This document shows, in pieces, positions 33,900 to 40,990 of a DNA stretch of 51,659 bases. Below the pieces are notes generated by a model. That model did no database searches. It worked only from the letters and a program-made list of their open reading frames with translations, and had not been told where the DNA came from. How positions within the stretch are numbered: the first letter of the stretch is position 1; the number at the start of each line of letters is the position of its first letter. The translations under genes and the position numbers were made by a program. Origin of the DNA: Planctomycetota bacterium (GTDB lineage Bacteria; Planctomycetota; B15-G4; SIAN01); NCBI GenBank assembly GCA_016872815.1, contig VGYY01000001.1:1-51659 (forward strand), read 5' to 3'.

Positions 33900-33950
33900 G
33901 CGCGGGGTCGAGCGTCGATCCCCGCGTACGGCCAGGCAACCGGTAGGCAT

Positions 33951-35336
33951 ATGCCCATGTTCGGCAAGGCACTCGAGGTCCTGCGCGTCCCGGAGCTTCG
34001 CAAGAAGATCCTGTGGACGCTCGGCCTCCTTCTGGCCTACCGCCTCGGCAACTACGTGCTGCTTCCGGGCGTCCATGCGGAAGAGTTCCGCGAGCGACTC
34101 GGGGCCGGCAGCGGTGGCGTCGTCGGCATCCTGAACGCCCTCTCCGGCGGTGCGCTCGGCAGCGCGACCGTCTTCTCCCTCGGCGTGATGCCCTACATCT
34201 CGGCGTCGATCGTCTTCTCGCTGCTGCAGAAGATGGTGCCGGCGCTCGAGCAGGTCGCCAAGGAAGGCCAGAGCGGACAGCGCAAGATCAACCAGTGGAC
34301 GCGCTGGGCCACCGTCCCGATCTGTCTCTTCCAGGCCACGGTGACGGTGACCACGCTGATCGCGAAGGACGTCGCCGAGAACGGCGTCGACTCGCTGATC
34401 CCGCCCGAGCTGTTCGCCAGCTTCTTCTACAAGTGCGCGCTGGTCGGGCTGCTGACGGCGGGCACGCTGCTGATCATGTGGATCGGCGAGAAGATCACCG
34501 AGCACGGCATCGGCAACGGCACCTCGCTGATCATCATGGCCGGCATCATCGCCCGGCTGCCGACGCAGATCTCGTCGTCGTTCATCGGCGATCCCGACAA
34601 CCGCAAGCAGTTCGTCGCCGAGATCATCGCCATCTTCATCATCAGCGTGCTCGCCGTCGTCTTCTTCACGAAGGCGCAGCGACGGGTGCCGATCCAGCAG
34701 GCCAAGCTGACGCGCGGTCGTCGCCAGCTCGGCGGCGCTCGTCACTTCATCCCGCTCAAGGTGAGCGCGGTCGGCGTCATGCCGATCATCTTCGCCCAGA
34801 CGCTCTTCGTCATCCCGAGCATGCTCGGCAACGCGCCCGGCCTCGGCTTCATCAACGAATACCTCGGCTACGAGTCGTTCCTCTACCTCGTCCTCTACAC
34901 CGCGCTGATCTACTTCTTCTCCTTCTTCTGGACCGCCGTGATGTTCCAGCCGAAGGAGATGGCGAACAACCTGAAGGAACATGGCAGCTTCATCCCGGGC
35001 ACGCGGCCCGGTCAGCGCACGGCCGACTTCCTCGAGGGCGTGATGGTCCGCGTGACGCTGGTCGGCGCGACCTTCCTCGCCGTGATCGCCCTGTTCCCCT
35101 ACTTCGCCAACACGTTCATCGGCACCGCGGGCGGTCGCGGGATCGCGTTCGCGATCGGCGGGACGTCGATCCTGATCACCGTCGGCGTCTGCCTCGACCT
35201 GGTCGACAAGATCAATGCCCAGCTGGTGATGCGCAACTACGAGGGCTTCACCAGCGGCCAGGCCACTTCCGGCGGCTGGGCGCGACGGCGCGAGGGCGGA
35301 CCGGCCGCCGGGCAGCTGTCGGGCGGAGCGGATTGA
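33951..35336 (+). CDS. secY: Preprotein translocase subunit SecY
   Basis: 461 aa multi-pass membrane protein. ...LRKKILWTLGLLLAYRLG..V.LPGV..., GVMPYISASI..QLL, and GNG.SLII..GI. Confidence 0.97.
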   Translation: MPMFGKALEVLRVPELRKKILWTLGLLLAYRLGNYVLLPGVHAEEFRERLGAGSGGVVGILNALSGGALGSATVFSLGVMPYISASIVFSLLQKMVPALEQVAKEGQSGQRKINQWTRWATVPICLFQATVTVTTLIAKDVAENGVDSLIPPELFASFFYKCALVGLLTAGTLLIMWIGEKITEHGIGNGTSLIIMAGIIARLPTQISSSFIGDPDNRKQFVAEIIAIFIISVLAVVFFTKAQRRVPIQQAKLTRGRRQLGGARHFIPLKVSAVGVMPIIFAQTLFVIPSMLGNAPGLGFINEYLGYESFLYLVLYTALIYFFSFFWTAVMFQPKEMANNLKEHGSFIPGTRPGQRTADFLEGVMVRVTLVGATFLAVIALFPYFANTFIGTAGGRGIAFAIGGTSILITVGVCLDLVDKINAQLVMRNYEGFTSGQATSGGWARRREGGPAAGQLSGGAD

Positions 35337-35338
35337 TC

Positions 35339-36112
35339 GTGCGGACGGCAGCGCGCATCCGCCCGAAGACGAAGGCCGAGCTCGCCAAGATGCGCGAGTC
35401 AGGACGCATCGTGGGCGAAGTCCTCGCCGGGGTTGCGGAGCGGATCAAGCCCGGGGTGACGCTGCTCGAGCTCGATGCCTGGGCCGAGGCGCACATCCGG
35501 GGGCGTGGCGCGACCCCATCCTTCAAGGGGTACCACGGCTTTCCGCGGAGCCTGTGCGTCTCGGTGAACGAGGAAGTCGTCCACGGGATCCCGGGGAAGC
35601 GCGCGCTGCGCGACGGCGACATCGTGACGGTCGATTGCGGTGCCCTCCTCGACGGCTGGCACGGCGACGCGGCGCGCACGTTCTGCGTCGGCAGCAGCGA
35701 CCCCGAATCGCGGGAACTGCTGCGGGTGTGCGAAGGGTCGCTGATGGCGGGCGTGGCGGAGCTGCGGCCGCAACGTCGTCTCGGCGACGTGTCGAAGGCG
35801 GTCGAGGCGTTCGTGAAGCGCGAGTCCGGTTTTGCCGTGGTCCGGCAGTACGTCGGCCATGGGATCGGTCGGGCGCTCCACGAGGAACCGCAGGTTCCGA
35901 ACTACTTCGAGCCGGGGTTCCCGCACGCGGACCTCATGCTCGAGCCGGGGCATGTCTTCGCGATCGAGCCGATGGTCAACGCAGGCACCCATGAAGTCCG
36001 GGTGCTCGAGGACCTCTGGACGGTCGTGACGGCCGACGGGCGCCGCTCGGCGCACTTCGAGCACACGGTCGCGGTGACGGAAGATGGCCCGCAGGTTCTG
36101 ACGCTCCCGTGA
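35339..36112 (+). CDS. map: Methionine aminopeptidase, type I
   Basis: ...KPGVTLLELD..AE..I......PSFKGY.GFP.S.C.SVNE.V.HGIP....L..GDI...D......G.HGD...TF.VG...GHGIG...HE.P.V.NY...FAIEPM. GTG at 35339 (alternative TTG at 35333). In the track it forms the 3' third of ORF 34013..36112. Confidence 0.93.
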   Translation: MRTAARIRPKTKAELAKMRESGRIVGEVLAGVAERIKPGVTLLELDAWAEAHIRGRGATPSFKGYHGFPRSLCVSVNEEVVHGIPGKRALRDGDIVTVDCGALLDGWHGDAARTFCVGSSDPESRELLRVCEGSLMAGVAELRPQRRLGDVSKAVEAFVKRESGFAVVRQYVGHGIGRALHEEPQVPNYFEPGFPHADLMLEPGHVFAIEPMVNAGTHEVRVLEDLWTVVTADGRRSAHFEHTVAVTEDGPQVLTLP

Positions 36113-36153
36113 GCGTCGGTGCAGGCTGTCGGTAGCTTCGAGGACGGGCAGAA

Positions 36154-36369
36154 GTGGCGAAGGAAGAGGCGATCCGAGTCTCGGCCGTGGTGACCGAGTC
36201 GCTGCCGAACGCGGTGTTCCGCGTGAAGCTGGAGAACGGTCACACGATCCTGGCTCACGCCTCGGGCAAGATGCGGATGCACTTCATCCGCATCCTGCCG
36301 GGCGACAAGGTATCGATCGAGCTTTCACCCTACGACCTGACCCGCGGACGCATCGTCTACCGCGAGTAG
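36154..36369 (+). CDS. infA: Translation initiation factor IF-1
   Basis: 71 aa. [68 protein letters not shown]. Confidence 0.97.
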   Translation: MAKEEAIRVSAVVTESLPNAVFRVKLENGHTILAHASGKMRMHFIRILPGDKVSIELSPYDLTRGRIVYRE

Positions 36370-36460
36370 CGTGGCCGGCGGGCGGAGGCTGGACGGCGCC
36401 AGGTGCGCCGACCGCGCGACTGCGCAGCGCGGGATGACCGGACGGACGGCAGGATTGACT

Positions 36461-36492
36461 GAGTTCCAGGAGAGGACGGAGTTCCAGGAGAG
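36461..36492. repeat. Tandem direct duplication (18-nt period, 2 copies) that includes the rpmJ Shine-Dalgarno
   Basis: GAGTTCCAGGAGAG gacg GAGTTCCAGGAGAG atcgtc GTG. The second copy places AGGAG 8 nt before the rpmJ start. Confidence 0.8.
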
Positions 36493-36498
36493 ATCGTC

Positions 36499-36612
36499 GT
36501 GAAGGTAAGAGCTTCGGTCCGACCCATCTGCGACAAGTGCAAGATCGTGCGCCGGCGTGGCACCGTCTACGTCGTGTGCAGCGAGCCGCGCCACAAGCAG
36601 CGCCAGGGCTGA
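36499..36612 (+). CDS. rpmJ: 50S ribosomal protein L36 (Cys3His zinc form)
   Basis: Hand-translated 37 aa from a GTG: (M)[36 protein letters not shown]. Below the ORF-track cutoff. Confidence 0.93.
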   Translation: MKVRASVRPICDKCKIVRRRGTVYVVCSEPRHKQRQG

Positions 36613-36657
36613 GCCCCGCGCGCACGAACGCTGAAGCAGCGATCAGAGAGGAAAGCA

Positions 36658-37038
36658 ATGCCGCGTATCCAGGGCGTCGACATCCCAGCGGACAAGAAGG
36701 TCCCGTACTCGCTCGCCTACATCTATGGCGTCGGAGTCTCGACCGGGAGGAAGATCTGCACCGAGCTCAGCATCAACGCTGACGCCCGGGCGAAGGACCT
36801 CACCGAGGAAGAGCTCGCGCGCATCGCCGAGTGGCTCGACAAGACCATGCCGGTCGAGGGCACCCTGCGGCGTCAGGTCGCCGTCAACATCCAGCGACTG
36901 AAGGAGATCGGCAGCTTCCGCGGCCTGCGCCACCGCAAGGGGCTCCCGTGCCGCGGCCAGCGGACGAAGACGAACGCGCGCACGCGCAAGGGACCGCGCA
37001 AGACGGTCGCCGGCAAGAAGGGCGCCAAGGTCAAGTGA
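36658..37038 (+). CDS. rpsM: 30S ribosomal protein S13
   Basis: [19 protein letters not shown]...........I........LTEEE...I.......[35 protein letters not shown]. Confidence 0.97.
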   Translation: MPRIQGVDIPADKKVPYSLAYIYGVGVSTGRKICTELSINADARAKDLTEEELARIAEWLDKTMPVEGTLRRQVAVNIQRLKEIGSFRGLRHRKGLPCRGQRTKTNARTRKGPRKTVAGKKGAKVK

Positions 37039-37146
37039 CAGCGAGGTCGGCCGGCGCCGTGCGCCGGTCGCAACGAGGCGTTCGCGCAGAGCGCGCGGCG
37101 CCGTTCGCGGCAGCGGGACACGCTGCCCAGGAGGAAGAGAAGTCGG

Positions 37147-37521
37147 ATGGCCAAGAAGAAGAAAGCTCGCCGCAGTTCAGCGAAGGCGATCGCGCACGTC
37201 GTCGCGACGTTCAACAACACGATGGTCACCATCAGCGACCTGCGCGGCGACACCCTGGCCTGGTCGAGCGCCGGCAACGTCGGCTTCAAGGGGTCGCGGA
37301 AGTCGACTCCTTTCGCCGCGCAGAAGGCGGCCGAGAAGGCAGCTGCCGCGGCGATCAAGATGGGGGTCAAGGAAGTCGAGGTCCGGGTCAACGGCCCGGG
37401 CAGCGGCCGCGAATCGGCGGTCCGCGCGCTCGCTGCGTCCGGCCTGACGGTGCGGGCGATCGAGGATCGGACGCCGCTCCCTCACAATGGCTGCCGGCCG
37501 CGCAAGCGGCGCCGGGTCTGA
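37147..37521 (+). CDS. rpsK: 30S ribosomal protein S11
   Basis: ...[46 protein letters not shown]...[19 protein letters not shown]...GL.V..I.D.TP.PHNGCRP.K.RRV. Confidence 0.97.
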   Translation: MAKKKKARRSSAKAIAHVVATFNNTMVTISDLRGDTLAWSSAGNVGFKGSRKSTPFAAQKAAEKAAAAAIKMGVKEVEVRVNGPGSGRESAVRALAASGLTVRAIEDRTPLPHNGCRPRKRRRV

Positions 37522-37692
37522 TCGACCCCGGGGAGCCTCGGCCGCCCCGGGCGCTCGCCAGCCGCTCGCTTTTTGCGACGGCTTCGCCAGAATGGGCCGA
37601 CTTTTTCTGGACTTGGCACGGTCGCGCGGATGGCGAGCCCTTTCGGGCGCGCCTCGCACGGGCCGGACTGACTCGGAGTTCGACAAGGCACG

Positions 37693-38319
37693 ATGGCGCG
37701 TGAAACCGGATCCGTCTGCAAGCTCTGTCGCCGCGAGGGCGAGAAGCTCTTCCTGAAGGGCGCTCGCTGCGAGTCGGCGAAGTGCGCCATCGTCAAGCGC
37801 AACTACCAGCCGGGCCAGCACAGCTGGAGCCGCGGCCGCCCGTCGAACTTCGGCGTGCGCCTGCGCGAGAAGCAGAAGCTGAAGCGCTTCTTCGGCATCT
37901 CCGAGCGCGCCTTCCGGCTGGTGTTCTCGCGCGCGTCGCGCCTCCCGGGCAACACCGGCGAACACCTGCTCAAGCTGCTGCAGACCCGCCTCGACCACGT
38001 GGTGCAACTGGCCGGGATCTCGCTGTCGCGGCGCCATGCCCGCCAGCTGATCCAGCACGGCCATGTCTTCGTCAACGGCCGGCGGTGCAACATCCCGTCC
38101 GCGGGCGTGCGCCAGGGCGACGCCATCACCTTCTCGAAGCGCGAGCAGGTGGTGAAGCACCTCAAGGAGTGCATCGAGTCTCGCAAGGGCGAGACGGTGC
38201 CCGGCTGGCTGCTGTGCGACGAGGCGGCGATGAGCGTGAAGGTCGCCGAGCTGCCGAAGCGCGAGCACCTCGAATTCCCCGTCGACGAGCAGCTCGTCGT
38301 CGAATTGATGTCGCGCTGA
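37693..38319 (+). CDS. rpsD: 30S ribosomal protein S4 (four-Cys N-terminus)
   Basis: 208 aa. CKLCRREGEKLFLKG.RC.S.KC......PGQH..., SEYG..LREKQKLKR-like, an S4 RNA-binding domain RLD.VV...G...SR..ARQLI.HGH..VNG. Confidence 0.96.
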   Translation: MARETGSVCKLCRREGEKLFLKGARCESAKCAIVKRNYQPGQHSWSRGRPSNFGVRLREKQKLKRFFGISERAFRLVFSRASRLPGNTGEHLLKLLQTRLDHVVQLAGISLSRRHARQLIQHGHVFVNGRRCNIPSAGVRQGDAITFSKREQVVKHLKECIESRKGETVPGWLLCDEAAMSVKVAELPKREHLEFPVDEQLVVELMSR

Positions 38320-38329
38320 AACCACGGAG

Positions 38330-39424
38330 ATGAGCCAGATGCGAATCCGTTGGCGCAGCTTCGAGCTGCCGTCCCGAGTGGCCGCCGACAGCGAGTCGGC
38401 CACGTCCACCTACGGCCGCTTCGTGGTCGAGCCGTTCGAGCGCGGCTTCGGGAACACGATCGGCAACGGGATGCGGCGCGTGCTGCTCTCGTCGATCGAG
38501 GGATTCTCGATCACCCAGATCAAGATCGACGGCGTGCAGCACGAGTTCTCGACGATCGAGGGTGTCCGCGAGGACATCGTCGACATCGTCCTGAACGTGA
38601 AGGGCATCCTCGTCCGTCTCGCCGGCGAGGGGCCGGTGCCGCTGCGCATCGAGGCGCGCAAGAAGGGCGTCGTGCGGGCGGGCGACATCCAGTGCCCGGC
38701 CGATGCCGAGATCCTCAATCCTGAGCACGTCGTCTGCACCCTCAACTCGGAACGCGAGTTCCGGATGGAGCTGGTGGCGCAGCGCGGCCGCGGCTATCGC
38801 ACCGCGGAGGAGAACGAGAAGGAGGAGAAGGAGATCGGCGTGATCGCCGTCGACTCCAACTTCTCGCCGGTGACGCGCGTGCGCTACAAGGTCGAAGAGA
38901 CCCGCGTCGGCAAGATGACCAACTACGACAAGCTGGTCCTCGAGGTCTGGACCAACGGCGCCATCACGCCGGAGAGCGCGCTGGTCGAGGCGGCGAAGAT
39001 CTACCGCAAGCACCTGAACCCGTTCGTGCACTACCTCCAGCCGGGCGCGGGCATCCTCGCCGGCGAGTCGGCGGTCGCGGGCGGCACCGCGGTGGCCGTC
39101 ACCGAATCGGTGGTCGATGGAGCGCCGTCGGCGGCGCTCGACCAGCCGATCTCGTCGCTCAACCTCTCCGTGCGGGCGCGCAACTGCCTCGATTCGGAGA
39201 ACGTCCGCACCATCCGTCAGCTGGTCAAGCTCTCGGAGCAGGACCTGCTCGAGCTGCGCAACTTCGGGCAGACCTCGCTCAAGGAAGTGAAGAAGCTGCT
39301 CGGTGAGCGCGGCCTCGCGCTCAACGGCTCGGCGATCTACATCGACGACGGCGAGGATCAGACCGACGACAAGTCGGAAGCAGGCGACGACGGCGCCGGG
39401 CCGGTGCTCGACATCAAGTCCTGA
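38330..39424 (+). CDS. rpoA: DNA-directed RNA polymerase subunit alpha (extended linker and acidic C-terminal tail)
   Basis: 364 aa. NTD ...GRFVVEPFERGFG.T.GN..RRVLLSS..G......KIDGV.HEFS...GV.ED. CTD ...L.LSVRA.NCL....V.TI..LV...E.DLL...NFG..SL.EV...L. Confidence 0.97.
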   Translation: MSQMRIRWRSFELPSRVAADSESATSTYGRFVVEPFERGFGNTIGNGMRRVLLSSIEGFSITQIKIDGVQHEFSTIEGVREDIVDIVLNVKGILVRLAGEGPVPLRIEARKKGVVRAGDIQCPADAEILNPEHVVCTLNSEREFRMELVAQRGRGYRTAEENEKEEKEIGVIAVDSNFSPVTRVRYKVEETRVGKMTNYDKLVLEVWTNGAITPESALVEAAKIYRKHLNPFVHYLQPGAGILAGESAVAGGTAVAVTESVVDGAPSAALDQPISSLNLSVRARNCLDSENVRTIRQLVKLSEQDLLELRNFGQTSLKEVKKLLGERGLALNGSAIYIDDGEDQTDDKSEAGDDGAGPVLDIKS

Positions 39425-39561
39425 TCGATGCGCGATCCGTCGCGGTGAAGCGGCGCCGCCACCGACTTGAGCGGGGGGCCGCGACACCGGGAGCCTGAGC
39501 GGCGAACACGACGGCGAGCGGATCCGGTCCGAATCCACGAAGCAGGGAAAGAACCTCGGCG

Positions 39562-40044
39562 ATGCGGCACAAGAAACTCGGACGCAAACTCGGGATCCGC
39601 GCGGACCACCGCAAGGCGCAGCGGATGAACATGCTGACGGCGCTGATCCTCCACGGCCGCGTCGTGACGACGCTCGCGAAGGCCAAGGAGTATCGGCGTC
39701 ACGCCGACAAGCTGATCCACCTGGCGAAGGTCCGCACGCTCGCCCGGATCCGGCGCGCTGCCTCCCAGCTCGGCAACAAGAAGTCGATCGTCAAGCGCCT
39801 GTTCGACGTCGTTGCGCCGCCGTTCGCGGAGCGGCCGGGCGGCTACACCCGCATCCTGAAGCTGGCGAAGCCGCGCGTCGGCGACGCTGCGCCGCGGGCG
39901 ATCCTCGAACTGGTGGGCGAGAGCGAGCGGCGCGCGAAGGCCGCCGAGGATGCCCGTGCGCTGGCCGCCGACGAGGCGACCAAGGGCAAGAAGAAGAAGA
40001 AGAAGGGCGAAGCCGCGGCCGAGGGCGAGACTGCCGCCAGCTGA
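39562..40044 (+). CDS. rplQ: 50S ribosomal protein L17 with a charged C-terminal tail
   Basis: MRHKKLGRKLG...DHRKA...N....L..H.R..TT..KAKE.R...KLI.LAK........GGYTRI.K...R.GD.A. 160 aa. Confidence 0.96.
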   Translation: MRHKKLGRKLGIRADHRKAQRMNMLTALILHGRVVTTLAKAKEYRRHADKLIHLAKVRTLARIRRAASQLGNKKSIVKRLFDVVAPPFAERPGGYTRILKLAKPRVGDAAPRAILELVGESERRAKAAEDARALAADEATKGKKKKKKGEAAAEGETAAS

Positions 40045-40064
40045 ATCTCGCTCCCGGAGCTCCA

Positions 40065-40090
40065 TCCGGGCGCTCCGTCCGGGCGCTCCG
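40065..40090. repeat. Tandem direct duplication (13 nt x 2) in the rplQ/adk convergent spacer
   Basis: TCCGGGCGCTCCG TCCGGGCGCTCCG. Either GCTCCG copy can pair with the upstream CGGAGC at 40054-40059. Confidence 0.8.
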
Positions 40091-40220
40091 TGCCTGTGCT
40101 CCCTCCGATTGCGGCGTAGCGCTGCTCCATCCCGGCGTCGCCGCCCGGTCGTGAGCGGTCGTTCGTGCGCGGCAGGACTGGCCGCAGGCTGACCGGGCGC
40201 GCCAGTCGCCACGGTGTATC

Positions 40221-40254
40221 GATCGCCACCGTGCGCCGATCGCCACCGTGCGCC
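40221..40254. repeat. Tandem direct duplication (17 nt x 2, plus a degenerate partly inverted copy upstream) in the rplQ/adk spacer
   Basis: GATCGCCACCGTGCGCC GATCGCCACCGTGCGCC, preceded by GTCGCCACGGTG at 40204-40216, whose CACGGTG is complementary to CACCGTG in each unit. Confidence 0.8.
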
Positions 40255-40269
40255 GGGATTGCGCCGCGG

Positions 40270-40848
40270 TCAGTTCCCGAGGCTGCGCAACACCCGCGTG
40301 GTCACCTCTTCGATCGACCCGACGCCGTCGACGAGATGCACGGGGACCTTGGTCGACTGATAGAAGCCGATGCACGCTTCGGTCTGCGCCGCGTAGGTAT
40401 CGAGGCGGCGACGGATCACCGCCTCGTCGGCGTCGTCGGCGCGCCCTTCCTTCATCGCCCGGCCCTTCAGGCGTTCGATCAGAGCGGGGCGCGGCACGCT
40501 CAGCACCACTACGCCGCGAATCGAGTAGCCGCGGCCGGCGAGGAAAATGTCGAGCCAGCGTGCCTGCGGGATGTTGCGCGGGAACCCGTCGAGCAGGGTG
40601 CCGAGCGCCACGTCGGGCCGCAGCAGCCGGTCGCGCACCATCTCGTTGGTGACGGCGTCGGGCACCAGCTGCCCGTTGCGCATGATGTGGTCGATCTTGA
40701 TGCCGAGTTCGCTGCGGCGGCTCAGATGCTCGCGGAACATGTCGCCAGTGGAGACGTGGGCGGCCCGCAGCCGCTGTTCCAGGACCTTCGCCTGAGTGCC
40801 TTTGCCTGAACCAGGAGGCCCGAACAGGAGCACCGTCTGCCGGATCAT
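40270..40848 (-). CDS. adk: Adenylate kinase, short-LID type
   Basis: MIRQTVLLFGPPGSGKGTQA..L........HVSTGDM.R..., LLDGFPRN..QA and a short ...GR......GRADD......RRRL LID with no Cys4. Start at the ATG at 40848 rather than the track's 40941. Confidence 0.93.
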   Translation of the reverse strand: MIRQTVLLFGPPGSGKGTQAKVLEQRLRAAHVSTGDMFREHLSRRSELGIKIDHIMRNGQLVPDAVTNEMVRDRLLRPDVALGTLLDGFPRNIPQARWLDIFLAGRGYSIRGVVVLSVPRPALIERLKGRAMKEGRADDADEAVIRRRLDTYAAQTEACIGFYQSTKVPVHLVDGVGSIEEVTTRVLRSLGN

Positions 40849-40990
40849 CGTCCTCGAGCCCCCTGCGGTCGTCGCGAGCCGTCCAGACCCGACGCCGGAA
40901 TGATGCCTTCGGATCCGGCGCAGGCAAAGCGCCCGCAGCACGCTTTTCCGGCCGCTCCGCCCCGGGAGCGTCTCCGCGAGGGGTGGCCGC

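Noticed and set aside
34013-36112. 699-aa ORF spanning secY (alternate frame) and map
   Set aside because: Only the last roughly 257 codons (from GTG 35339) match methionine aminopeptidase. The upstream two-thirds is an out-of-frame shadow of secY.
37608-37625. sigma54-like TGGCAC in the rpsK-rpsD spacer
   Set aside because: The -12 element is missing: the sequence reads TGGCAC-GGTCG-CGCG instead of TGGCAC-N5-TTGC. There is no nearby enhancer-binding-protein gene.
27595-40254. The short tandem repeats (27595, 36461, 40065, 40221) as CRISPR, miniature mobile elements or integration scars
   Set aside because: Each has only two copies and no spacers. The units are 13-18 nt and unrelated to each other. 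There are no terminal inverted repeats, no flanking target-site duplications, and no cas, transposase or integrase genes anywhere in the window.
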